From the NCBI GenBank assembly GCA_964016885.1, contig OZ024750.1:4464001-4528000 (forward strand): a stretch of 64,000 bases of DNA, read 5' to 3'. The DNA comes from Eledone cirrhosa (Eukaryota). The notes under the pieces are model-generated. The model was not told the DNA's origin. It saw nothing but the letters and a program-made list of their open reading frames with translations, and made no database searches. The position numbers were made by a program, and so were the translations under genes. This document shows, one piece after another, positions 12,013 through 26,211 of this stretch (position 1 is the first letter of the stretch; the number at the start of each line of letters is the position of its first letter).

Positions 12013-14123
12013 AAGTTGAAATTCGGCAATATTTGAGAAAATAAGAATGGGTTATTTGAGTTTTTTAAAAACCTCCATAGCTACACTTCATAAAATCAAT
12101 TTTCAGTTTGGTTGGCAGAAACTGTGCAGTTTTAGAGTTCCTATTTCAGAGACGTATAACTTTAAAATAAAATAAGATAAGTAATATAAGGAGAAAATAG
12201 TAGATAGATATTATTTGGCTTACAGCTGTTGAAAATGTGTGATCTAAATATAATTACAAAATTTAATTTAAAATTTGCTTTACACTCTTAGAAAATTATT
12301 TGGAAAGATTATATATTTAGTCAGCATTAATTCTTCAAATGTTCGACTCATTCTCTGTATTTTTTTTCAGTTTTTTCATATATATATTTAGTGTATGAAG
12401 GCACATGACATTGTGGTTAGAGCGTCGGGCTGACAATTATATATATATATATAATGTGTGTGTGTAAGTGTAATTTTTGCATTGGTGTATCTTGTATGAA
12501 GTAAAAAAATACTATTAACTGCGAAATTTATAATGCCCTCCATTAAACTACCCCTCGTTCACTCCACTACTAATTACTAACAACTTCATATATATATACA
12601 TATAAACATATATACATATATATATACACGCATTTATATATATACATATATATATATATACACACACACACACATATAAATATATATATACATACACACA
12701 CACAAACATATATATATACACATATATACACACACACATATATAAATATATTTATATACATACACATACACACACACACATATATTTATACATATATATA
12801 TATAATCATACATACTTCACACTATCACACGCATATCTCCATATGCCAACTTAAATGTAGTCATTACACAGATATTCCTTTAATAAATGGGTCCATATAA
12901 ACATACACTACTGAGAAAAATATTTTGCATAGATGCACAAAAGTTTCTTCAAAGAATTACGTAAGCATAGTAATGTGTATTTTTAATGTATGCTTGGATT
13001 TCTGCCTGTGCTTTGCATTCTAAATGTATAAAAATTATCTTTTTCTCCCATATCTTTGCAATTTTAAGAAGATAAATTCAATATGGCCACCAGATGTTGC
13101 TAATTGTGATATTTTGTTATATACAACCCCGTTTTTTGTTGTTGTTTGTTTGTTGTATGTCTTTAACCTGTACTTAGAATAAAATGGTTCTCTGAACGAA
13201 AAATTGAGTGTGAGAAAAATTGTTCCCGTTTCGTGAAATATAGAAAGAAAATTCTATCATTTGGGTCGTTATGTTATGCTTAATTAGTCATTTATGTCGA
13301 GTTATCTTCTGAAAATGGAGTTATCTAATATGAGCAGACTTTAAGACGATAAGAACCATTTAAAAGAAATTTGGCTGCCAAGTCAAGCAGATCTTAAGGA
13401 ACATATAAAGGTTACTCAGAGGATGACAACTGTAGTTTCATCTTTTTATTCCCTTGATGTTGTTTTTTTGTGTGGTTTTGTTGAGTATCTTTGGTCAGTT
13501 CTGAATAAGAGGCGTATTGCACGAAGGTAGACTATGGAGGGGAAAAGTGTTTTAACTGAACATGGTGTTTACAGATTTAGAACTCATAAATGTTTTAAAG
13601 AAAGTTTGCATAGGACGGTTTACATACCATTGAAACACTTTAACTGACTAGCCTATTCATTAATACTAAAGGATATCCAGTTGGATGAGCCAGTAAAGTG
13701 ATCGATTACGTGTTGAGGGGTTGCCAGTTGGTATTTGAACATCACGACTGTAATATGTCTTACAGTCATTCATTCAATACAAAAGCAAATATGGGGAAGG
13801 CCATGTTTTTCTAATGATGTGAAGATAAGCAAAAGGAAGCAGAGACCGTTTGTTAATTTTTTACTTTGAAGTTGAATATATAGAAGATAGTATTTATATT
13901 CGTTGGACATGATAATTTGTTGTTATGTTGAATATTGAATAAATGAATAAAGATACATATTGACTAAGACGCCGCTCAATAGGATCAGAGACAGTTACAC
14001 GGGGTGAGAAGTGAACACTTCTTAAACGCTCGGTTATGCCTGTGGCTGTGTATTTATATACACCCGCCTGAGTCCATCTCTAACTACGAACACTATGTGT
14101 ATGTGAGTATGTATGTACGTATT

Positions 14124-14201
<78 letters not shown>

Positions 14202-14242
14202 ATACATTTATGTCTCCCTCTACATTGTTTATATAAATATAT

Positions 14243-14290
<48 letters not shown>

Positions 14291-14544
14291 TGTATATATA
14301 TATGCATTGATACTTACACGCTCATACATAAACATAACTCTTACACGCACTCACACACATGTGCGTTTGAGTGTATACCAGCCTCATTCTCACATTCACA
14401 TACAAACATCAAACATACATACGCACACACAAGTTTGCGCGCGTGTGTGTGTATGTATGTTAACATACGTGTGTGTGTATGTATGTTAACATATCACGTG
14501 ATGCACGGCTGCATTTTACGGCTCTACCCATTAATTCAACTGTC

Positions 14545-14662
14545 CAACCATACAGTTATCTGGTGTAAGTGCTGTCTACAGATGCCAAGAAGTTCCATCA
14601 CATCTGGTGTCAGCAAACATCTTGTCAGCTTGGAGATGGACGACCAGTTCGCCTTTTTATGA
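14545..14662 (-). mobile_element. Decayed RTE-like LINE ORF C-terminus
   Basis: Minus strand IKRRTGRPSPS*QDV...ADTRCD resembles the RTE C-terminal GRP..TW.D motif; contains stops and frameshifts. Confidence 0.4.
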
Positions 14663-14750
14663 GCGTATGTGTAATGAGAATCAGTGTGTGCTTGTGTTAA
14701 TGTATATTTCAGTGTGTGTGTTTTTCGTGTATGTGTGCATATAGACGTCT

Positions 14751-14801
<51 letters not shown>

Positions 14802-15812
14802 CGACTAAGTGTGTGTGCGTATAGACGACTAAGTGTGTGTGTGTGTCAATATATGCCTGTTTCTTTGTAAGTCCCCGCCTTACGAACATCCTACTTAGTA
14901 ACCTCCGCAGATACGAACAGTCTCACGAAGAAAAAAAATTGTGTCTGAGTTCGTTTTTGTGGGGTCTTTCGGGCCCTGGGTTCCTTCTTTTGCAGCATTA
15001 AAAACAAACTGAAATCGTACTTACGGTATGGGATACAATTCTGCCTTCACAGTATTGAAAAAGACTTTTTTTTCTTTAAGAATTTATGGTCATTAGCTGA
15101 GGGCACAAATAAATTGCTACGGCCGTCTCTGGTGGGGGCCCCCACTGCAGGGTACCCGGGGCAATTTCCCTCTTTGTTCTCCCCTCATTATATCCGGCCC
15201 TGCTTGCTAACTGTCTTCTTTTCGTTCCTTTTTAATTCCTTATAATGTTTTTGCTGATAAAGATACTAATTCATTTGGTTAAAAACAAAATATTCACATA
15301 CTTGGAATGTGTCATTTGGAAAAATAAAACTGAAACAAAAAATATTTAAACTGACACAACATATCGTTCAGCCAGACGATGTAAAGTGTCAAATGTTTAC
15401 TGTTTAAACATTGTTTCTCTGAAAGAAAGCAAAGGAACAGAGAAAGGCGCTCAAAATAAAAAAAAAAAAAAAGAATTTAATATGAAAAAATTTGGGCCGT
15501 ATACAAATTCAGCAATTTTATTCAAGGCCGACCAATTTATATATAAGCGGGGGTGGCAATATTTAAAAATATATATATAACCCTTCAAGTGCAAATTACA
15601 TTATCGGGCTTGTTGAATTTCTAATGGAATTTATGTTCAGTTATTAAGTTATCACTTGAATTATATATCACGTGACAGTTATTTCCTTCGAAACATTTGA
15701 AGAATTATAATATGAAAGATATTAATAGTTGACATTTTTAGCTTTAATAAAATGAAATACAAACAATTTAATTTCAACAAGACTATCATTGTTATACACT
15801 GATGCTTAAAGC

Positions 15813-16325
15813 GGTGGGTTATCAGGATCGGTAGAGCGTTCGGTAAAATGCTTTGTGACATTTCTTCCTGCTCTTTATATTCTGAGTTCACATCATGTTG
15901 AGGTTAGCTTTGCCTTTTATCCTTACAGAGTCGATAAAATAAAGTACCAGTAATGCACTGGGGTTGATTTAATCGACTCCCCCCTCCCTGAAATTGTTGA
16001 CCTTGTGTCTAAATTAGAAACCATTATTATATACTCATACTTTGCCTTTCATCCTTACGGGGTCGATAAAATAAAGTACCAGTAATGCACTGGGGTAATT
16101 GCTGGCCTTGTGCCAAAAGTAGAAACCATTATCATAAACTGAAACAGGGTTCATACAGTCGTATGAACGTCAGCTCATTATGTTCTGAGTTCAAATATCA
16201 CAGAGGCCAATGCTGCTTTCATCTTCCAGGGTCAATAAAATAAAATATCAATCACGTTCTTAGATCGATAATTTCGACTTTCCCCTCCTCTTCAAATTGC
16301 TGGCCTAAATTAGAAACAATTATTA
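15813..16325 (+). mobile_element. Cluster of three SINE family 1 copies (two decayed, one truncated)
   Basis: Cores and tails at ~15813-16030, 16040-16130 and 16170-16325. Confidence 0.75.
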
Positions 16326-17182
16326 TCCCCTCATTTATTCGGGTTTGTGTCCACAGCCTGGCTGCTAGAGCCAAAACATTTTGGCTTCTGTAGTCTTCTA
16401 TGGACATACTTTTCATATACTTGTAAATACACATCTATGCCAATTCATAAATACATATTATTGGTTAGCCGTTCACTCTTCTCAATTCATTCACACTTTG
16501 CCAGAACACCAGATCTTAATTTTCATTCAAAAATTCCTCTTCCTTACCAATCGAACTTAATTAGGCCAAAAAGATATCAAGAAAAATTGGATGACTGAGA
16601 TTAATACAGAGAAAGAGAGAGATTAAGAAAGGGAGAGAGAGGAAGAGAGAAAGAAAGAGAGGGAGAGGGAGAGAGAGAGAGAGAAGGATTTTAGAGAGTA
16701 GACATAATAGAAAATGTTGCTATAGAATCTATAGAGGAGGAATAAAACAAGAACTAGACTAACACAAGAACTGATCTTACGTTGATGATGATGGTTTGAA
16801 TTGAAAAATACACGAAGAGTTACTCACTGACCACCTAATCCCATTGTTGTATTTCCAAATACTTTGAGAATAAACAAGTAATATTAATAAGCTAATATCA
16901 GAGACTTTATTGAAATATAATACTGGACTGGAGTAGCATGTAAAACAATTCCTTTACATCTTATATTGAAACTTGTAAAGCAAACATGATTTCTAGTGTA
17001 TACGTGTGTGTATGTATGTATGTATTTGTGTGTTTATGTATGTGTGTGTGTGTGTTTATGGGTTTATGTGTGTGTGTGTGTGTGTATATATTAGTGTGTA
17101 CGTGTGTGTATTTATGTGTGTGTATGTGTGTGTGTGTTTATGTGTGTGTGTGTATATATACATATCTGTATGTGTTTATGTG

Positions 17183-17225
<43 letters not shown>

Positions 17226-17242
17226 GTGTGCGAGTGTGTTTA

Positions 17243-17274
<32 letters not shown>

Positions 17275-17665
17275 GATATATATATGTGTGTGTGTACGTA
17301 TGTATCTCAACTGCCTGAACATAATACCTATTCTATTGAACAGGTATTTGCAGAGATAATTACACTTAAGTTTCGTTTTCATTTGACGAGGAAACTCAGA
17401 TCGGAGGTCAAGCTAAACTAAACAAGGTTCAGCAAAGAATTCATGAGCCAAACAAAACACTTAGAGGAGGAAATCTTAACATTGCTTTACCAGTTGTTGA
17501 TGAAATAAGGACACAGTCAGGTACAAAGCCTGGGATGAATTGGAGCAGCTATTGTAGTTATAGCAACGTGTCTTTCGTGGAAAATGTTAGTTCCATTTTT
17601 CCTATAAACATTCCTTGCATTATCAGGGTATTAATATATTAATACGAGCGGATCAATTACACAGA

Positions 17666-17726
<61 letters not shown>

Positions 17727-17735
17727 TTTGGGGGC

Positions 17736-17834
<99 letters not shown>

Positions 17835-17925
17835 CGTATATATAACCTAATATATTCCTTCCATATACTGTACCGATTGTGTTGTTATTTCTGTTTACCT
17901 TTTACATATATACATACATACATTC

Positions 17926-17994
<69 letters not shown>

Positions 17995-18001
17995 GAGAGA
18001 G

Positions 18002-18103
18002 AGAGTGTCTACCAAAATTGTATGCATACTTTGATTCCTTGTACAGGATATATTTATTAGAATGGTGTTGAAGTATGTATACATTTTTTTTTGGGGGGGG
18101 GAC

Positions 18104-18109
<6 letters not shown>
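18002..18109. mobile_element. Tc1/mariner-type MITE (~105 bp), decayed
   Basis: Same TIR and inverted interior as 22794-22896; lone TIR pieces also at ~17720 and ~18843. Confidence 0.65.
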
Positions 18110-18159
<50 letters not shown>

Positions 18160-18268
18160 GTAATAATAATAAATGTAAAGACTAAAATCCAAAGCGGACT
18201 CGATAAGGATAAATATATATCGCTAAGGGTGAAAGCAGCGATTCTTTGCTTAAACTTTAATCTGTTAA

Positions 18269-18275
<7 letters not shown>
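18160..18275. mobile_element. Family C element, two pieces head-to-head between (TA)n tracts
   Basis: AATAATAATAAAT.T.AAGACTAAAATCCAAAG...GATAAGGATAAAT is joined to the opposite-strand piece AAGGGTGAAAGCAGCGATTCTTTGCTTAAACTTTAATCTG. Confidence 0.7.
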
Positions 18276-18354
<79 letters not shown>

Positions 18355-18526
18355 GTGTGTGTGTGTGTATATATATATGTGTGTGTGTGTGTATATATAT
18401 ATGTGTGTGTGTGTGTATATATGTGTGTGTGTGTGTGTATATATATATATGTGTGTGTGTGTGTATATATATATGTGTGTGTGTGTGTATATATATATGT
18501 GTGTGTATATGTATATATATATATAT

Positions 18527-18690
18527 TGTTATACTTGGGGAGGGTCATATTGTTATAATATTGCCAGAAATAATAACAGAACACACTCACTGTTTGGTTG
18601 GTTTTCACTTCTGTATCTTTTATATCTCCATAGTTAATTTATTTGGCCATCAACGTTTATCATTGATTGACCAACGGTTAAAAATACAGA
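18527..18690 (-). mobile_element. Family D element
   Basis: Homology to 10170-10368; ends in (TA)n. Confidence 0.6.
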
Positions 18691-18710
18691 TATAAACACA
18701 TATATATAGT

Positions 18711-18756
18711 CTATCAAAGTTCTTTCGTTGCACATCTGCAACATCATCAGTGGTAC
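18711..18756 (-). ncRNA. Minimal type I hammerhead ribozyme, partly decayed stem I
   Basis: Minus strand GTACCA CTGATGA T GTTGCA-GATG-TGCAAC GAAA GAAC TT TGATAG; perfect 6-bp stem II, 4/6 stem I. Confidence 0.55.
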
Positions 18757-18805
18757 TATTATATTTCCTCCTGTTGTATTGTATTGTATGTCTACGCCAT
18801 TTTTA

Positions 18806-18843
<38 letters not shown>

Positions 18844-18877
18844 CATTTGGGGGGACACCTCTCTCTCTCTCTCTCTC

Positions 18878-18988
<111 letters not shown>

Positions 18989-19509
18989 TGTAAATGTGTA
19001 TGCATGTGGGGAGGGGCCTTTGGAGTGATATTCAATACCAGGGTTATAGGAGTTTAAGGCTGATCCAGTGTCCTGTCACTCTGGAGTTTTCACCAGATAT
19101 AGCCGAGGAAACTCCAATGTACCAAGCTACTTGATCAGCCTTAATAATATACATGTATGTTGTGTGTGTGTGTGCGTATGTACGTTTTGTGTGTATATGT
19201 ATGAGTGTGTGTGTTTATCCCGTTAATTAAGCCCAAATACAAAGTACAATGGGTCTGATGCGAAAAAGGTCAGAATTTTTATTGAAATTTGCTTCTTTTT
19301 TTATTATTATTTGACGAAAAACAGGTCTTTTTCAGTTTTCTACGTAAATATTTTGATGTATAGCCAAATTGTACAGCAACAAAATGGCCGAAAGAATGAG
19401 AAGCCATTAATCCGTTGACAATAGTTGTAATCACTCGCCATACATGTTATTCTCATTGTTATATCAGACAAAGTATTTTACCTATGCTAGGGTTCTTACT
19501 AGGTTTAGT

Positions 19510-19950
19510 TTGTTGCTGCTGTTGTTGTTGGTGGTGGTGGTGCTGTCGACGTGTTTGTCCTTGTTGCTGCTGCTATTGTTGTTGTTGGTGGTGGTGGTGT
19601 CGACGTGTTTGCCCTTGTTGTTGCTGATGTTGCTGGTGCTGTTGTTGTTGTTGTTGTTGTTTGTGCTCTTGTTGTTGGTGCTGTTGTTGTTGTTTGTCTT
19701 TGTTGTTGCTGACGTCGCTGCTGCTGTTGTTGTTGTTGGTGGTGGTGTCGATGTTTTTGTCCTCGTTGTTGCTGACGTTGCTGCAGTTTTTGTTGCTGTT
19801 ATTGTTGCTGACGTTGCTGCTATTATTGTTGCTGACGTTGCTGCTGTTGTTGCTGCTGATATTGTTGTTGTTGGTGTGGTTGTTGCTGTTGTTGTTGGTG
19901 TTGTAGTTGCTGTTGTTGTTGGTGTTGTTGTTGCTGGTGTTGTTGGTGTT
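19510..19950. repeat. Degenerate (GTT/GCT/GGT)n trinucleotide minisatellite
   Basis: Recurring GTCGACGTGTTTG and GCTGACGTTGCTGC units. Confidence 0.85.
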
Positions 19951-20066
19951 TGTAGTCCAACTGAACTCTATCAAGTGTGCTGCATTCGCATTCAGTGGAT
20001 CGTCTTTATTCCTATGATTCTCCTGGGCTGTTATCTATCACCAACCATAATAATACCTCGTGTGTG

Positions 20067-20110
<44 letters not shown>

Positions 20111-20269
20111 AGTCTGTGTGTAAATGTTAAAGAGTTACACAGACAATCACAAGCATTCATACACACACACACACACACATTCATATATACACACACACAC
20201 ACATTCATACACACATGCACTAATGCCATGCTGCTATAATAAAAAAAAAGGTTCGCTCCCGAATCACGA

Positions 20270-20452
20270 GGTCCAAGGTTCTAACCCCGCAGTTGTCACT
20301 TTAAACAGTTCACTTTAAACAGTTGTTTCTCGCGAGTCGGGTCTATCAGCAAGACACTTTATTTCAAGTTGCTCCAGTCCACTCAGCTGGCAAACATGAG
20401 TTGTACCTGTAATTCGAAGGGGACAGCCTTCTTACATTCTGTGTCATGCTAT
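20270..20452 (+). mobile_element. SINE family 2-related decayed copy
   Basis: AGCAAGACACTTTATTTCA.GTTGCTCCAGTCCACTCAGCTGG core as in 43581-43866. Confidence 0.55.
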
Positions 20453-20462
20453 TTGACATCTC

Positions 20463-20630
20463 AGGGTCGGACGCCATGCTTTGACGCAAAGAGTTACGTC
20501 CCTTTACGATCTGAGTTCAAATCCCGCCGAGGTTAACTTTGCCTTTCATCCTTACGGGGTCGATAAAATAAAGTACCAGTAATGTACTGGGTATTTGCTG
20601 GCCTTGTGCCAAAAATAGAAACAGTTATTA
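20463..20630 (+). mobile_element. SINE family 1
   Basis: Box B, core, short tail. Confidence 0.85.
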
Positions 20631-20631
20631 C

Positions 20632-21203
<572 letters not shown>

Positions 21204-21432
21204 TATATATATTAGAAAGTGAGGTTGTTTTTACAAAATGAAAAATAGCCGAGGTGTCCTACACGAGTGAAAGTATAAGGAAAAAAGATGAAATCGAAAA
21301 TGCAACTGGAGTCTTTTTTAAAAAGATATATATATATTTATTTGGTACCTTTACCGGTTTCTCAGTTCTTCTGCTTTTCAAAAGTAGAGTTGAGATGGAG
21401 GGTCTGTGGTTTTATATATATATATGTATATA

Positions 21433-21466
<34 letters not shown>

Positions 21467-21691
21467 CCACGTGTTTGTTTGTCCCCCCGCCCTCTATATA
21501 TAGTTACGAAATATCTTACACACGGGAAAATAAAGCTGTACCGTACAATGCGTAAGAAAAATAGTACAACCGTTTAATATACTCATTCACGCACACGTGT
21601 GCACGTGAGTGTGCTTACACAGCCCCCCCCCCCACACACACATTTATACACATATACACACACGGCGGCGCGCATACACAGCTTTCCCCAA

Positions 21692-21725
<34 letters not shown>

Positions 21726-21780
21726 GAGATAGAGAGATAGATAGAGAGATAGAGAGATAGAGAGATAGAGAGATAGAGAG

Positions 21781-21825
<45 letters not shown>

Positions 21826-22164
21826 CGCGCACACAAACACATACACACGATCGCACATATACAAATATATATATATATGCACACACATGCACGTTCCCAA
21901 ACGCACACATAGCACACATACAAATTAGAGTTAATTTGAACTCGCAATGAACCCATCACAACTCTGACATCCAATTGACCATTTATTAAGGAACTCGCTG
22001 CGTTCGGAGTTTTATTATTTTTATTATTATTGTTTATTTCTTTTGTTGTTGTCTTTTCTTATTTTTTTATATTGCTTGGTCACTTTTACAGGAAGCCTGT
22101 TAGACAATATTCTACTCCTCCGATTGTTGGGAGGTTGCAGTGAGTATTAGTGGTGTTAATGGTA

Positions 22165-22497
22165 TTAGTGGTGGTGACAGTGGTGGTGAGAGTGGTGGTG
22201 GTGAGAGTGGTGGTGACAGTGGTGGTTAGTGGTGGTGGTGACAGTGGTGGTGGTTAGTGGTGGTGAGAGTGGTGGTGACAGTGGTGGTGACAGTGGTGGT
22301 GAGAGTGGTGGTGGTTAGTGGTGGTGAGAGTGGTGGTGAGAGTGGTGGTGACAGTGGTGGTGAGAGTGGTGGTGAGAGTGGTGGTGGTTAGTGGTGGTGG
22401 TGATAGTGGTGGTGAGAGTGGTGGTTAGTGGTGGTGGTGAGAGTGGTGGTTAGTGGTGGTGGTGAGAGTGGTGGTGACAGTGGTGGTGACAGTGGTA
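22165..22497. repeat. 12-bp-type minisatellite (GTGGTGGTGASA / GTGGTGGTTA)
   Basis: Direct inspection. Confidence 0.9.
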
Positions 22498-22793
22498 GAG
22501 ATTGTAAATGTAGTGGGAGGAAAGATGGGCTTTAAAATGAATGTTGTAACACAAGACCGATTGACAATAACAGCTGTCACAAGACCTCATCGGTCGAGTT
22601 CCTTCAATGTCATATCTTCGTTCATTTATTCTTTATTTATTTATTCTGGTTCTATTAAATTTAAATGAGGATGCACTCGGTGAGAAAAGGTCACGGGAGC
22701 AGATGTGTACTTGCTAATGCTTGTATGAATGTATAAATGTGTAAGTGAGAGAAAGTGTTGTGTATGTGGTCTATGGACATCAATAAACCTATA

Positions 22794-22896
22794 AAGGGTG
22801 TCCCCCCGAAAATGTATACACACTTTAACATCATTCTAATAAATATTGCTTGTACAGGTAATCAAAGTGTGTATACATTTTTGGGGGGACACCCTG
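22794..22896. mobile_element. Tc1/mariner-type MITE
   Basis: ~33-bp TIRs (C)AGGGTGTCCCCCC.AAAATGTATACACACTTT, flanked by TA on both sides. Confidence 0.8.
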
Positions 22897-23134
22897 TATG
22901 TGTAAATTCATATGTTTGTTGTTGGTTTTGTTGTTGTTACTGTTGTATAACCCCAGGTCAGTCCATATTAAGTGGACCTGTTATAAAAAGGATTCTATTT
23001 GTGACCCCACCCACCCCATTTTTGTCGTTATATCCAGGAGTGTCAAGTAATCTATTATTTTTATTTTATTTTTATTTTTGTTATTTTTATTATTTTGTAA
23101 GACGATAGAGTATGTTGCCTATTGTAGAAATCAT

Positions 23135-23530
23135 TAAGGATGAAAGGCAAAGTTCATCCTTACGGAGTCGATAAAATAAAGTACCAGTAATACACTGGAA
23201 TAATTGCTGGCCTTATGCCAAAAAGTAGAAACAATTATGTATATATATATATGGTAGTTATTCCGTAGCTAAATATTACCTAGGTCGTTAGTGGTCTTTA
23301 GGAAACGTGGAATATATTAAGAATTCAGCAAATATTATATAAGGGTGGATTGGCAGTATCGGTAGAGGGTCGGACGCCATGCTTTGTAGCATAGAGTTAC
23401 GCCACTTTACGGTCTGAGTTCAAATCCCGCCGAGGTTAACTTTGCCTTTCATCCTTACGGGGTCGATAAAATAAAGTACCAGTAATGCACTGATTTAATT
23501 GCTGGCCTTGTGCCTAAAGTAGAAACAATT
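23135..23530 (+). mobile_element. Two SINE family 1 copies (a truncated copy with a short 5' inversion, and a full copy at 23343-23530)
   Basis: Core and tail; TAAGGATGAA...TTCATCCTTA inversion at 23135-23162. Confidence 0.85.
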
Positions 23531-23742
23531 ACTATACAGAGAGAAAGTGAAGTCCTTAGACGTCAAAGAATCTGTGACGTATGCAAATTCATCAGTTTTA
23601 AGAATTAATATATTAACTTATTAATCAAGTAATATATTTTACGCAAATTTAATTTAATTCAATTTAATTTAATCCATGACATCTTCGCAAAGAAAGATAC
23701 CCTTAATGTTCAATTATATATGTATGTGGATATGTGTGTGTG

Positions 23743-23784
<42 letters not shown>

Positions 23785-24441
23785 CATAAACATAACATAT
23801 ATATATATATATATATATTATATTCATAGTATATATTTAGACATAGTCACATATGCATATATGTGTGGCTACCCTTCACGGTGTGGCTCAATGAAAAATT
23901 TAATTAAGCAAATAGTTATTAATCAGAGCTATATATATATATATATATATATACATACATGATATATACATAAACATGATATATATAGTGGCAGTACATT
24001 GACCTTTCCGCTCCTGCATTCTATCTTTACACACGGCACTAGACAAGAATGTTTCTTCATCATACACTCTCATCCGGGAATAGTTCTGTATGGCGCCAGT
24101 TCGTGATTTGAACTCGGGAATTTTATATTCTCCAAGTGAGAAGAACCCTCTGACGAAAGTCTTCTTCTCAATGAATTTCCGCGTGGATTATCCATTTATT
24201 TTGAGGTAAGGGTAATTATAGCAGGTACAGTGAACTTTTTAAAATTTATTTTAAAACTTTTTCTTATTTGCTATATATGTGTAGGTATGTATATTCCCTC
24301 TGATAGTTTTTATAAATATTGTACATAGATCTATAGAATATGCATACCAACTCTAACACATATATATCCTAGAAACGATCGTAAAATGCTGAATGTTTTT
24401 AATATAAGGAACTGTTTCTTTGTTTATTCATTATTTTATTA

Positions 24442-24523
<82 letters not shown>

Positions 24524-25199
24524 ATACACTCACATATATATATGTACTAAATTAATAGATTAATTAATTTATTATGATTCAATTAATTTTACTTTACTTT
24601 AACTAATTTCAATTTGAACTATGTCATGCTCAGAGAAAATAGACATGCCGGTATGTTGCGTGGATCCTTTTGGAAGCTAAGCCTTAACTTATTTAGTCGA
24701 GGAACCATTACTATAGAAAAGAAATACCCCAAAACAAACAGTTTTGCTCATGTACGTGCAGTACATATTACAAAAACTATAGAATCATACAAACACTAAC
24801 AAAGATGTGAAGGGGGAAATCTGAAAACTATACATGAAATATTATACAGAAGCATTGGGAGTAAAGATAATATCTATTGAAGATGAATAATTAAGGGATT
24901 ATAAATAGAAATACCTGGTCAGGCTACAGGTAGCAAATTGCTTTACTTTAGAAGAGAGATCTGGACTTCTTATGACATTTAAAATTATTATTTCTGAAGA
25001 TTCCTATTGTTTTAAATAAATTAGAAACGACCTACAGCCAATCCTTACACACATACACACGCATATATATAAACATATATATATAAATGGAATTAGGATT
25101 GGTGCTCTGAAATAGCGATGTATACATGAATGTATGTATAGTATATTTGGCAATATACTGTGTTTAATTAAAAACATTCTATAAGAATCCAGCTTCTAT

Positions 25200-25293
25200 A
25201 ATTTTCGGCGGAAGCAGGGGGTGCGTGGTTCTGATGAACGCCAACCAGTGTGAAACGAACAGTCAACCTCTCTCCCTTCTTTCGCCGAAAATA
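25200..25293 (+). ncRNA. Extended type I hammerhead ribozyme with canonical core and GUC cleavage site
   Basis: TATTTTCGGCGGAAGCAGGGGGTGCGT GGTT CTGATGA ACGC-CAACCA-GTGT GAAA C-GAACA-G TC AACC TCTCTCCCTTCTTTCGCCGAAAATA. Proximal stem I is GGTT/AACC, followed by an internal loop and distal stem I (25200-25212/25281-25293). Predicted cut after C25264. Confidence 0.82.
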
Positions 25294-25475
25294 AGTAAGT
25301 GACATAGTCACTAGTTTAAAACTGATAGCGTATGGTCTTCTAAATGTTTTTAATTAAACCTACGGTATATTGCCAAATATACATACTGTACATACTAGAA
25401 GGACTAACAAGCCACGCCCGTGATGGTCATGTTTAAGTATCAAGCAATGGCATTACTCGAAATCGAGTTGCAACC

Positions 25476-25688
<213 letters not shown>

Positions 25689-26011
25689 CCATCTATGTCT
25701 CTACATACATACATGCATGCGTACATATACACATACACACAGTATGTGTGTGCGTGTGATAAATAAAAGTGTGACTAACTGTAGAAAGTAATATTTTATT
25801 AGTGAGCGTATTATTAAGTATTACAGTATATATTTTCTTTTAAAATATAATGTATTGACGTTCGATTCAACGTAATTTCTTGCCACTTACTTTGTCACAT
25901 CAAAGTACCGGGCTATAGAATGTAGCTATGGAAATGGAAAATGTAATAATATACAGAATTAAATGATAAACTACGAATGGCTTCAAAAGGATTCTGGAAA
26001 CGCTTAATATG

Positions 26012-26081
<70 letters not shown>

Positions 26082-26172
26082 TAAGTACATACGTGTGTAT
26101 ATTATACACACACACATATATATATATATATTTATACACATATATGTATATATATATATGTGTGTGTGTATT

Positions 26173-26211
<39 letters not shown>

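Noticed and set aside
14582-14664. Apparent exon (CTACAG|...|GTATGT, open frame AKKFHHIWCQQ...)
   Set aside because: The polypyrimidine tract is weak, the protein is unrecognised, and the opposite strand is better explained as a decayed RTE C-terminus. RNA-seq would settle it.
15100-15202. hAT-like terminus (...ATCCGGCCCTG) and MITE-like ends at ~40520-40860 and ~59680-59945
   Set aside because: No convincing matching opposite TIR or TSD could be established by eye.
24138-24170. CTGACGA inside a small hairpin (also lone CTGANGA near 5931, 23590, 24994, 33759, 46450)
   Set aside because: No correctly placed GAAA/UH and stems; expected by chance.
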